Assembly (NCBI GenBank): GCA_016213645.1
Contig: JACQZY010000003.1
Span: 4,749-68,748 of the forward strand
DNA: 64,000 nucleotides
Source of the DNA: Actinomycetota bacterium
GTDB lineage: Bacteria; Actinomycetota; Thermoleophilia; Solirubrobacterales; JACPNS01
Reading direction: 5' to 3'
A program made the translations under genes and the position numbers. This document shows, one piece after another, positions 9,640 through 18,055 of this stretch; position 1 is the stretch's first letter, and every line of letters starts with the position of its first letter. The notes beneath the pieces are model-generated. The model ran no database searches and was not told where the DNA came from. It worked only from the letters and a program-made list of their open reading frames with translations.

Positions 9640-9762
9640 ATATCCGCTATTCAACGGCTATCTTTGTGATGACCGATCGTCGCGTGGGGAGGAAATCGCG
9701 GCGGCTCTCGAATGCGCGAGCCGAATCGACGGTATGAACCAACAGAATGTGAACAAGGGATC
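9640..9762 (+). promoter_or_regulatory. Candidate ydaO-type (c-di-AMP) riboswitch-like leader of the murein hydrolase gene
   Basis: Four elements occur in the same order as the conserved ydaO blocks as I recall them. CCGCUAUUC resembles CGCUnAAUC. GAUGACCGA resembles GGGGACCCA. GUGGGGAGGAAAUC resembles GGGGUGAAUC. GAGCCGAAUCGACGGUAUGAACC resembles CCCGAAUCCGnCAGCUAACC. The region ends at the GTG 9763 start. Matches are degenerate and were judged by eye only. Confidence 0.3.
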
Positions 9763-12009
9763 GTGAGGGGAAGAACTTCAAGGAGCGCCTCAATCGCCAT
9801 CATGGCGTTTGTTTTCGCGATCGTGTTCGCCTTCACCGGCGCGCTCACGGCTTCGGCCGATGACACCGGTCAGTCCGGTGAGGGCCCCGGCATGGTGCCC
9901 AATGGCGCCGAGCCCACCGGTCCGGTCTCCCCGGCGGTGCCCGAGCCTCCCCCGGCCAAGAAGCCGGCGTCGTCGAAGCCGAAGACCGATTCCGGCAACG
10001 GCGACTCAAACCGCAACAACTCTTCCGACGGCACCGGCGACGCCAAGCAGCCCAAGAGCCACAAGCGCGACCGCGCCGGCTCAAACAAGAACGATGCCGG
10101 AGATGACACACAGACGGCCGACGACCCGTTGGCCGGCGTCAGCGACCCGACGGGCAACGGTCCGATCAGCGTTCCCAATCTTTTCCTCAAGCAGTTCCAG
10201 ATCCCACCGTTCCTGTTGCCGATCTATCAGGCAGCCGGCATTCAATATGGAATTCGCTGGGAGGTGCTGGCCGCGATCAACGAGATCGAGACCAACTACG
10301 GCCGCAACCTGAACGTTTCCTCGGCCGGCGCACTGGGATGGATGCAGTTCATGCCCGCGACTTGGGAGATGTACGGAGTCGACGCCAACGACGACGGCGT
10401 GAAAGACCCCTACAACCCGGTCGACGCGATCTTCGCCGCCGCCAAGTACCTGAAGGCCGCCGAGGGCGACAAGGACATTCGCCGCGCGATCTTCGCCTAC
10501 AACCACGCCGACTGGTACGTGGACCAAGTAATCCTTCGCGCCCGGCTGATCTCCGGCGTGCCGGACGGATTGGTCGACTCGCTCACCGGCTTGACCCAGG
10601 GTCATTTTCCGGTTTACGCGCGCGCCACTTATAAGGGCGCCGTGCGCAAGGTTTCGCGAAAGGCCAAGGTCGGCACGAACGCTGCACGTGTGGTCGAGGG
10701 TGAGGCGCGGCGCACCGGTATCAAGATCTTCTCCAAGCGCAACGCGCCGGTCGTGGCGGTGCAGGATGCGATCGTGCAGAGCATCGGCCGCAACAAGATC
10801 GACGGCAACTACATCACGATTCAGGACAGCTTCGGCAACCGCTACCGCTACAACAACCTTGGATCGGTCAGCCGCCTCTACCCCGTGCCCCGTACCAGCG
10901 CAAACAAGTCCAAGACCGCCGCGGACGAGTCCGGATCCACCGCCAAGATCGGCGAAGGCAAGACCGGCCCGCGCCTCGGCTCGCAGGAGCGTCTGTACGC
11001 CAATCCCAACCGCGCCCGCGCCAAGTCCGGCGGTTCGTATGCACAAATGGCCGCCGGCGGTGTCGCAATGCAGGGATACGAAACCTTCGACAACTACTTC
11101 TCGCGCCCCTTCGGCCTGAAGAAGGAAGACGTCGTGCTCAAGCCGTTGCGTAAGGGATCGCATGTGATCGGCGGCACGATCCTCGGCCGCGTCGGCAACT
11201 ACATCAATGGCCGCACGCCATACGTCAACTTCCAGGTTCGACCCGCGGGCCGCGGCGCACCGGTCGTGGACCCGAAGCCGATTCTCGACGGCTGGAAGCT
11301 GCTTGAGTCCACCGCGATCTACCGCGCCGTCGGCGTGAACCCGCTGGTGCCGGTGCAGAACAGCCGCTCGATCGGCCAGATCCTGCTGATGAGCAAGGAA
11401 CAGCTTGAGAACTACGTCCTCAACAAGGACACGATCGACATCTACTCGTGCGGTCGCGACGACATCCGCGCCGGACAGGTCGATCGCCGCGTGCTGGCAC
11501 TGCTCGCGTTCCTCGACTCCGAGGGCTACCACCCCACCATCGCGTCGCTGACCTGCGGCCACGGCTTCTACACCAGCTCGGGCAACGTCTCTGAGCACTC
11601 CACGGGCACCGCCGTGGACATCGCCGCGATCAACGGCGAGTCGATGATCGCCAACAACAAACCCGGCGGTCTAATGGACGAGACGGTGCGCAAGATCATG
11701 ACCCTCCAGGGCATCCTTGAGCCGCACCAGATCATCTCGTTGTTCGATCTAGGTGGCTCGACGTTGGCGATGGGCGACCACGCTGACCACATTCACGTCG
11801 GCTTCCGCCCCGGCTACGAACTCAACGCCGATGGCAAGATCGGTAAGGGCGCAAAGGCGTCTCGCCGCTCAATCCTGCGCAAGAACGACTGGTACAAGGT
11901 CTTTGACCGCCTCGGCGAGATTGAGAACCCGGCTGTACCCACGCAGCCCTCGCCGTACGCGATCAAGGTAAAGAAGAAGCACCACACGCGCCCCGGCGCA
12001 GCCGACTGA
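9763..12009 (+). CDS. Secreted multidomain peptidoglycan hydrolase: lytic transglycosylase + degenerate LytM/M23-like + LAS (VanY/M15-like) metallopeptidase
   Basis: Start preferred at GTG 9763, which gives the signal peptide VRGRTSRSASIAIMAFVFAIVFAFTGALTASA. The track ORF starts at 9712. A Pro/Lys/Asp-rich linker follows. SLT: EVLAAINEIETNYG..GWMQFMPATWEMYG..AAAKYL. M23-like region without the His ligands: NYITIQDSFGNRYRY and PYVNFQVRPAG. C-terminal H-x6-D and HxH motifs: EHSTGTAVDI..HADHIHVGF. Confidence 0.85.
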   Translation: MRGRTSRSASIAIMAFVFAIVFAFTGALTASADDTGQSGEGPGMVPNGAEPTGPVSPAVPEPPPAKKPASSKPKTDSGNGDSNRNNSSDGTGDAKQPKSHKRDRAGSNKNDAGDDTQTADDPLAGVSDPTGNGPISVPNLFLKQFQIPPFLLPIYQAAGIQYGIRWEVLAAINEIETNYGRNLNVSSAGALGWMQFMPATWEMYGVDANDDGVKDPYNPVDAIFAAAKYLKAAEGDKDIRRAIFAYNHADWYVDQVILRARLISGVPDGLVDSLTGLTQGHFPVYARATYKGAVRKVSRKAKVGTNAARVVEGEARRTGIKIFSKRNAPVVAVQDAIVQSIGRNKIDGNYITIQDSFGNRYRYNNLGSVSRLYPVPRTSANKSKTAADESGSTAKIGEGKTGPRLGSQERLYANPNRARAKSGGSYAQMAAGGVAMQGYETFDNYFSRPFGLKKEDVVLKPLRKGSHVIGGTILGRVGNYINGRTPYVNFQVRPAGRGAPVVDPKPILDGWKLLESTAIYRAVGVNPLVPVQNSRSIGQILLMSKEQLENYVLNKDTIDIYSCGRDDIRAGQVDRRVLALLAFLDSEGYHPTIASLTCGHGFYTSSGNVSEHSTGTAVDIAAINGESMIANNKPGGLMDETVRKIMTLQGILEPHQIISLFDLGGSTLAMGDHADHIHVGFRPGYELNADGKIGKGAKASRRSILRKNDWYKVFDRLGEIENPAVPTQPSPYAIKVKKKHHTRPGAAD

Positions 12010-12036
12010 CGTCGACGTCGACGCCGTTTCGCACCG

Positions 12037-13638
12037 CTACTCGATTCGCTTGGTAGGCAGTCCGCCGGCGATCCACAATCCCGCAAGCACGAACAGCACG
12101 GCCGCTAGCAACGCCTGCTTCAGAGCTCGCAGCTGAGCGTCCCCGTAGTCGTTCATCAACTCAGCCGCCTCGCTCTCGGGCAGACCGGCGTCGATCGCCG
12201 CCGTTCGTACGTCCTCGCGCGGCACGAACTCAAGTCCGCTCTCGGCGACAATCGCGACTTGCTCCTTGACCGAAGCGCTGATCTGTGGGTTCTGCTGAAC
12301 CGCCGACACCGTGGCACCGCTCAGTCCCGTCAACAGAACCGCGCCGATCAGCGCCGTGCCAAGCGACGCGCCAAGATTCTGCGCGGTGCCCTGTAGTCCT
12401 CCGGCTTCGCTGCCGCTGTCGGATTCGACCGCCGACATGATCACGTTGCCAAGCTGCGAAGCGAGCAGTCCGACACCCAGCCCGAAGGCCGCCAGGGCGA
12501 CCGAAAAGGCGACGCCACGCATTTCATAGCCGACGCTGGCCATCAGCCCGGCGGCCGCCACGAGCATCGCTCCGAGACCGAGGCGAACCGTCATCCTCGG
12601 GCCAAGCCGCGCGCCGAGACGTGGCCCGCCGAGCGCGCCCAAAAGCATGGTGACCGAAATCGGCGTCAGCGCCAGACCCGTCTCGATCGCGTTTCTGCCG
12701 AGCACGATCTGTAGATACAACGGCAGTACGAAGAAAATGCCGTTGAGAATCAGCTGCTGTGACGCCAGCATCGAAAGGCCGCCGCGCAGCTGGGCGATGC
12801 CGAGCAGCCTTGGATGCATCAACGGTTCGCGGTCACGGCTCTCGCGCCGCCTGCAATGCGACATCAGCGCCTTCAGCACGAATAATCCGGCCGCGACCAT
12901 GAATGGCACGACCGAGAATCCGAACGGCGTGATCGACTGCCCCGCGACCGTCAGCGAACCGCTCGGTTGGATCAGACCCCATTGCGGAATCCGCAGCAGC
13001 GCAAAAACGATCAGGCCCATGCCGATCATCGACAGTGCCGCCCCGCCGAAATCAAGACTAGGACGCTGCTCGACACGCGGCACGTCGCCGACGAGCTTGC
13101 GCGCGGCGAGGATTCCGCCGACCGCGACCACCTCACCGAAGAAGACGTACCGCCAGCTCGCGTATTCGGTCACCCAGCCGCCGATCAGCGGTCCGGCCGC
13201 CACTCCGACCGCCGCGATCGCGCCGACGATCCCATACGCCATCGCGCGATCACGGCTCTCCGGATAGTTGTGCGCCACCAGCGACGCGATCGCCGGAATC
13301 ACCAGGGCCGCGCCGATCCCTTCAAGTAGCGACCAGCCAAACAACAGCACGTTTATGTTTCCGGCCAGGCCGGTGATCGCGGAGCCGCAGCCGTAGATCG
13401 CGATGCCCAGCGCGAAGGCGTTGCGACGTCCGAAAATGTCGCCGAGTTTTCCGCCGGTCAACATCAGCGCGGCCATCACCAGCGTGTACAAGGTGATCGC
13501 CATCTGAACCTGTGTGACGGTCGTGTTCAAGTCGGCGACCACGTTCGAGATCGCGACGTTCATCACCGTTGTGTCAAGCACCATCACGAACTGGGCGGAC
13601 GCCAGCACGATGATCGTGAGCCATTTACGGTTCATCAC
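12037..13638 (-). CDS. MFS transporter, 14-TMS drug:H+ antiporter (DHA2/EmrB-QacA-like)
   Basis: 533 aa with about 14 hydrophobic segments. MFS motif A-like GKLGDIFGRRN after TM2. Its start overlaps the stop of the upstream K+ channel gene by 4 nt. Confidence 0.85.
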   Translation of the reverse strand: MMNRKWLTIIVLASAQFVMVLDTTVMNVAISNVVADLNTTVTQVQMAITLYTLVMAALMLTGGKLGDIFGRRNAFALGIAIYGCGSAITGLAGNINVLLFGWSLLEGIGAALVIPAIASLVAHNYPESRDRAMAYGIVGAIAAVGVAAGPLIGGWVTEYASWRYVFFGEVVAVGGILAARKLVGDVPRVEQRPSLDFGGAALSMIGMGLIVFALLRIPQWGLIQPSGSLTVAGQSITPFGFSVVPFMVAAGLFVLKALMSHCRRRESRDREPLMHPRLLGIAQLRGGLSMLASQQLILNGIFFVLPLYLQIVLGRNAIETGLALTPISVTMLLGALGGPRLGARLGPRMTVRLGLGAMLVAAAGLMASVGYEMRGVAFSVALAAFGLGVGLLASQLGNVIMSAVESDSGSEAGGLQGTAQNLGASLGTALIGAVLLTGLSGATVSAVQQNPQISASVKEQVAIVAESGLEFVPREDVRTAAIDAGLPESEAAELMNDYGDAQLRALKQALLAAVLFVLAGLWIAGGLPTKRIE

Positions 13639-14339
13639 GCGGAACTATCGCGCATTTGCCGCTTCCGTGGCTGCCACAGGCTCACCAGGCGCGCCACCAG
13701 TGTGACGAGAAAGATCTGCCCGAAAAGCATTTCGACCACCGCGATCGACATGCCGGGCTGGGCGGCGGGCACGAGGTTTCCGTATCCAGTGGTAGTCAGC
13801 GTGGTGTAGCTGAAGAAGATCAGATCGCCCCGTTCGATCGAGGCGTGGCCGATGAAGAAGTCGCCGGAACCCTGGGCGAGCACGGCCGCCAGATAAACGA
13901 ACGAAAAGATCAGGCCGAGCATTGTGTAAGAAGTAATCGCCCCGAGAATCGTGCGAAAGTCGACGCTGGTCGAACGGACGACCTGACGAAGAATCGCCGC
14001 TTCGCACACCAGCAGCAAGCAGGCCGTGATTGCGGCGGCAAGCAGGAGGGTCACGTTTGAGTCAATCGCCGCCGCCAGAAACGCCAAAATGATCGCGGCC
14101 GCTCCGGTGCCCGCGGTGAGCAGAGACGAACGATGGGAAACACCTGAGCCGAGGATGCCCACCACCGCGGTGAGGATCCCAACCGAGAGGCCCGTCGCCT
14201 TCCAGACCATGCCGTCCGGAATTGATGACATCGTCACGAAGGTGACGATCGTGAGCAGCAGCACCAAGCCGTACGCGCCACTGATGCGCGCGATCAGGGC
14301 CTTTGCGGCGCGCCGCGAGCTGGGAGATGTCGGCGGCAT
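13635..14339 (-). CDS. Potassium channel family protein (pore-only, no RCK or voltage-sensor signature seen)
   Basis: 234-aa polytopic membrane protein. It has the K+ selectivity filter TTLTTTGYGNLVP between the last two helices. Confidence 0.8.
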   Translation of the reverse strand: MPPTSPSSRRAAKALIARISGAYGLVLLLTIVTFVTMSSIPDGMVWKATGLSVGILTAVVGILGSGVSHRSSLLTAGTGAAAIILAFLAAAIDSNVTLLLAAAITACLLLVCEAAILRQVVRSTSVDFRTILGAITSYTMLGLIFSFVYLAAVLAQGSGDFFIGHASIERGDLIFFSYTTLTTTGYGNLVPAAQPGMSIAVVEMLFGQIFLVTLVARLVSLWQPRKRQMRDSSA

Positions 14340-14460
14340 TTATCCGACGTTCGCGCCCGTGATCGCCGATCCTGCGCGGTAGCCGCGTGAAGCCCGCCGT
14401 CGCGCGGATTCGCTGACCTCGTTCCACGACCGCAGTCATGTAGCCGCCGGTCGCTTTTGC

Positions 14461-15291
14461 TCAGATGAGCTCCCGCACGGCCCGCGCAAGCGCGCGTAAC
14501 TCCTGCTCGACGTCGCCATCAAGCTTGACAAAGGCATCCCCGTCGTACGGCGTGGACCCGGTGGTCACGATTGCCAATTGTCCGCCACGGCGCAGCGTCA
14601 CGGCCGGCAGCCCCGCCACCGGATGCACCACCAGCGAACTTCCGATCGCGATCATCAGGTCGGCTCCCGAGGCAAGCTCGAACGCCTCTTGCATCGCGCT
14701 CTCGGGAAGCATCTCGCCAAACAGCACCACATCCGGTTTCAGTGGCGGCGCGGTGTCACAGCTGGTGCAGCGCGGAATGCCGTGCTCGGCGGCCTGTTCA
14801 CGCACCCAGTCCAGCTCGTAATCGGCCCCGCAGCGCAGACAGCGCGAAACCTCGATCGATCCGTGCACCTCAATCAGCCGCTCGCTGCCCGCGAGATGGT
14901 GCAGCCTGTCGATGTTCTGAGTGATCACGCCCTCGATCAGTCCGCTCCGTTCGAAATCGGCGAGAACCTCGTGCGCGCCGTTCGGCAGTTTGTCGCCGAG
15001 CGACGCAAAGCGCGCCCCGTAAAAACTCCAAAAGCGTTCGGGATCGTCGTGAAAGGTGTCGATGTGCGCCACCTCCATAGGGTCGACGTTCTCCCACATG
15101 CCTTTCTCCGGCGTGCGGAAGTCAGGAATGCCGCTGGGTACGGAAACGCCCGCGCCGGTCAGCACAACGGCGCTGCGCGCGTTTACGATCGCCTCAGCGA
15201 GTTCGCGGGTGGCAGCCGACGGCTCTTGCTGCTTCAAAGGTTGTTCGTTGCTCACGAAGCAAAGCGTAGGCGCACTGCGAGGCGTCGCCAA
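14461..15291 (-). CDS. cobB: NAD-dependent protein deacylase, Sir2 family
   Basis: GAGVSVPSGIPDFR, QNIDRLH, HGS and a zinc ribbon CLRCG..CTSC. TTG start at 15291 (alternative GTG at 15255). Lies 8 nt downstream of the FadB-like gene. Confidence 0.88.
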   Translation of the reverse strand: MATPRSAPTLCFVSNEQPLKQQEPSAATRELAEAIVNARSAVVLTGAGVSVPSGIPDFRTPEKGMWENVDPMEVAHIDTFHDDPERFWSFYGARFASLGDKLPNGAHEVLADFERSGLIEGVITQNIDRLHHLAGSERLIEVHGSIEVSRCLRCGADYELDWVREQAAEHGIPRCTSCDTAPPLKPDVVLFGEMLPESAMQEAFELASGADLMIAIGSSLVVHPVAGLPAVTLRRGGQLAIVTTGSTPYDGDAFVKLDGDVEQELRALARAVRELI

Positions 15292-15299
15292 GCCGCGAC

Positions 15300-17276
15300 T
15301 CAGCGGCCGTTGAACTTGGGCGCGCGTTTCTGCAAGAAGGCCGCCACGCCCTCATGGGCGTCCTCACTGGCCATCGCCGTCACAAAGGCCTCGCGCTCGA
15401 CGGCGATGCCGGCGTCCAGCGAGGGATCGTCGAGCGCGCGCTTGATGTGCGCGATCGCCAGCGGAGCCTGTGCCGCCAGGCGCTCGGCCTGCGCGATCGC
15501 GGTGTCGAAAAGCTCATGGTCCGGAACGACTTGATTCACTAGTCCCAGCTCGGCGGCCCGCCAGGCGTCGATCGCGTCTCCGGCGGCGATCATCTCAAAT
15601 GCCGCCCCTTTTCCGACCAGGCGCGGCAGGCGCTGCGTACCGCCGAATCCCGGCAGAATCCCAAGTGAAATCTCCGGTTGTCCGAAACTCGCCGATTCTC
15701 CCGCGATCCGGATGTCCGCGCTCATCGCAAGCTCGCACCCGCCGCCAAGCGCCGCACCGTTGACACACGCGATCACCACGGTGTCGCCCCGCTCAAATCC
15801 GCGCATCAACGCGAGCGTGTTGTCGACGTGTTGAGCCATTTCCTCGGGCGTCATCGTGGCGAACGCCTTGAGATCCGCGCCGGCCGACCAAATCAAGTTT
15901 GTCGAACTCGCGATCACGAGCGCGCGTATGGAATCGTCGGCCTCGACGCGCTGATGCACGGCGCGCAGGTCGCGCACGAGCGCGGGAGAGATCGGATTGA
16001 CCGGCTTTTGCGCCAGCCACGCGATCGCCACCGGACCGCGTGTCTCAAGTTGAACTGTTTCCGGTTGTTCGCCGTCGTCCGGACGTGGATACGCGAAGAA
16101 ACCCTGCCCGGCGGCTTTGCCCGTGCGGCCTTGAGCCACGAGTCGACGCAGTAGCACCGGCGGCTCGTACGCCTCACCCCACTGCGTCTTGCCGTGTTCC
16201 AGCGCCGCCAGCACGTTGTCCAGCCCCATCTCGTCCGCCCGCGCCAACGGACCGGGGATCACCGCGGCGCCGGCCATCATTCCGAGGTCGACCTCGCGGG
16301 CGTTGCCGATCGCCTCTTCGACGATCGCGCACGCCTCGACGAGCATGCGCAGGCCGGAGCGCAAAACAATTTCCCCGGCAAGCGCGGGATCAACCGGGTC
16401 TACCCCCTCCGCCGGAGCCTGCCCGGGCGGGTCAAAGAAGCCCTTGCCGGTTTTCAAACCCAGATCGCCGTCTTCCACCAGCGACTTCATCTTCGGCGGA
16501 ACGTAGAAGTCATCGCCTAACTGCTCGTTTAGGTGCTCCAAAACGTGCAGCACCGTGTCCAATCCGAGCATGTCCGACAGCGCGCAAGGCCCAGTGGGAG
16601 CAACCTTGAGTCCGGTGATCGCGGCGTCCATCTGGGCAGGCGAAAGATCATGCTCGTCAGCCACGCGGTGCATCTCGCCCATGCTCGCGCAGAGCAGACG
16701 GTTGACCACGAATCCCGGGGCGTCGGCGCAGGTGATCGGCGCCTTTTTGATCGCCTGCGCGAAGTTGTAAGCCGAGAGCGTGGTCTCCGGCGACGTGGCT
16801 TCGCCCTCAATCACCTCGATCAGCTTGGCGACCGAGGCCGGGTAGAAGAAGTGAAATCCGACGACTTTGTCGGGCCGGGTGGTGGCGGCGCCGATCTCGT
16901 CGATCGAAAGCGCGGAAGTGTTGCTGGCGAGGATCGCGTGACCGGGAGTCGCCGCGTCAAGCTCGGCGAACACGGCCTGCTTGAGCTGCATCCGTTCGGG
17001 AACCGCCTCAACCACGAAGTCGACATCGCCGAAGCCGCTGTAGTCAAGCGTGCCGGTGATCAGCGCACGAGTGGCGTCGGCGGCCTCCCGCGTGAGCTTC
17101 TCCTTGGCCACGAGCTTGGCCAGCAGCTTCTCGGCCGTTTCGATGCCGTGGTCGACGAACTTCTGGTCGACGTCCTTCATCAGCACCGGAATGCCGGCGC
17201 TCGCGATCACGAAGGCGATCTCGCCGCCCATCGTGCCCGCGCCGACGACCGCGGCCTTGTTGACCTTGAGGCTCAT
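15300..17276 (-). CDS. Fused 3-hydroxyacyl-CoA dehydrogenase (N-terminal) / enoyl-CoA hydratase (C-terminal), FadB'-type
   Basis: With ATG 17276 the protein starts MSLKVNKAAVVGAGTMGGEIA (Rossmann motif). The C-terminal crotonase fold shows CVNGAALGGGCELAMSADIRIA. The track ORF extends in frame to TTG 17432 through the 18-bp tandem repeat, giving HHPT(A/V)S x4. Confidence 0.85.
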   Translation of the reverse strand: MSLKVNKAAVVGAGTMGGEIAFVIASAGIPVLMKDVDQKFVDHGIETAEKLLAKLVAKEKLTREAADATRALITGTLDYSGFGDVDFVVEAVPERMQLKQAVFAELDAATPGHAILASNTSALSIDEIGAATTRPDKVVGFHFFYPASVAKLIEVIEGEATSPETTLSAYNFAQAIKKAPITCADAPGFVVNRLLCASMGEMHRVADEHDLSPAQMDAAITGLKVAPTGPCALSDMLGLDTVLHVLEHLNEQLGDDFYVPPKMKSLVEDGDLGLKTGKGFFDPPGQAPAEGVDPVDPALAGEIVLRSGLRMLVEACAIVEEAIGNAREVDLGMMAGAAVIPGPLARADEMGLDNVLAALEHGKTQWGEAYEPPVLLRRLVAQGRTGKAAGQGFFAYPRPDDGEQPETVQLETRGPVAIAWLAQKPVNPISPALVRDLRAVHQRVEADDSIRALVIASSTNLIWSAGADLKAFATMTPEEMAQHVDNTLALMRGFERGDTVVIACVNGAALGGGCELAMSADIRIAGESASFGQPEISLGILPGFGGTQRLPRLVGKGAAFEMIAAGDAIDAWRAAELGLVNQVVPDHELFDTAIAQAERLAAQAPLAIAHIKRALDDPSLDAGIAVEREAFVTAMASEDAHEGVAAFLQKRAPKFNGR

Positions 17277-17335
17277 GCGCGGGGAACGATAGATGATTCG
17301 CGACGGTACGGGACGGCGTGGCGACGCGGGGCGGC

Positions 17336-17414
17336 GCGACACAGTGGGATGGTGCGACACAGTGGGATGGTGCGACGCAGTGGGATGGTGCGACGCAGTG
17401 GGATGGTGCGGCAC
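17336..17414. repeat. 18-bp tandem repeat, 4 full units plus a partial (GCGAC[A/G]CAGTGGGATGGT)
   Basis: Units at 17336-17353, 17354-17371, 17372-17389 and 17390-17407, plus a partial unit GCGGCAC at 17408-17414. Units 1-2 carry A and units 3-4 carry G at position 6. Located between the PadR stop (17445) and the FadB-like ATG (17276). Confidence 0.95.
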
Positions 17415-17444
17415 CGCGCGGCGGCGACGCAAGACGCATGTGCC

Positions 17445-17987
17445 CTACTCGAACAACTCGCCGCGAATATCTGTCAGCGTGCGGCCCAGCGAGTCAAGCG
17501 ACTCGCGCGCGCCCGGTAACAACCGCTTGAGTTCTTTCTGCCCGGCGGGCGTGAGCGAGTAAAACCGGCGGCTGCGGCGCTCCGGGTGTTCCCACTGGCC
17601 CTCGATCAGTCCGCGCGACTCAAAACCGCGCAGCAGCGGATACATCGTGTTCGGATTTACGGTCAGCACTCCCCCGGTCAGCTCCGTGACGCGGTCGATC
17701 AACTGATTTCCGTAGCTGGGACCTTGGCTCATGAAGTGCAGCACCAGGAGGGGCAGCAGCCTGCTGCGCAGTTCGCCGGTCAGCGGATCGCCCGCTCCGC
17801 GGCGGCGTGCGGGCGGTTCCGCGACAACCGCGGCTTCCGTGATCGCGGCGCGCTGTTCACGCAGGTAAGCGCCGGCAGCCTGACCGGCGGCTTCGGCCAC
17901 CGCTTCGGTCGTGCGCGTGGCCGTCCGCGCGGGCTTGCGCTTGCCCTGGACGGATTTGGCCGACGACTTTTTCGGCTTTGCGGGCAC
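17445..17987 (-). CDS. PadR family transcriptional regulator with a basic N-terminal extension
   Basis: C-terminal winged helix: LLPLLVLHFMSQGPSYGNQLIDRVTELTGGVLTVNPNTMYPLLRGFESRGLIEGQWE..RRFYSLTPAGQKEL. Start is uncertain. GTG 17987 (VPAKPKKSSAKS..) is chosen because the rest of the 293-aa track ORF is Arg-rich, non-protein-like, and overlaps the divergent gene. Confidence 0.75.
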   Translation of the reverse strand: MPAKPKKSSAKSVQGKRKPARTATRTTEAVAEAAGQAAGAYLREQRAAITEAAVVAEPPARRRGAGDPLTGELRSRLLPLLVLHFMSQGPSYGNQLIDRVTELTGGVLTVNPNTMYPLLRGFESRGLIEGQWEHPERRSRRFYSLTPAGQKELKRLLPGARESLDSLGRTLTDIRGELFE

Positions 17988-18055
17988 GCCGAGAGAATAC
18001 GGCCCGCCGCAGAAAGTCCGCGGGCGACCCGCGATTAGCGGGTAGAGTTCGGCGC

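Noticed and set aside
9425-9766. 113-aa plus-strand ORF in the hydrolase leader
   Set aside because: Its composition is not protein-like, with no SD, no motifs and mixed codon bias. The region is better explained as a non-coding leader or candidate riboswitch.
10081-11598. 505-aa minus-strand ORF antisense to the murein hydrolase gene. Similar long antisense or shadow ORFs occur at 6737-7609, 16533-17519, 25943-26683, 38006-38917, 40257-41105, 41820-43061, 53872-55176, 57878-58729, 61252-62292 and 31963-32943.
   Set aside because: Their translations are Arg/Ala/Gly/His-rich low-complexity sequences with no recognisable motifs. Each lies opposite a gene with strong family signatures. Long stop-free antisense frames are expected in GC-rich DNA.
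12010-12023. 14-bp perfect palindrome CGTCGACGTCGACG between the convergent hydrolase and MFS genes, considered as a terminator
   Set aside because: It has no loop and no U or A tracts. It is essentially a tandem GACGTC palindrome, so the evidence is insufficient for a terminator call.
17336-17414. Tandem repeat considered as a CRISPR array
   Set aside because: The units are directly adjacent with no spacers, are only 18 bp long, and no cas genes are present.
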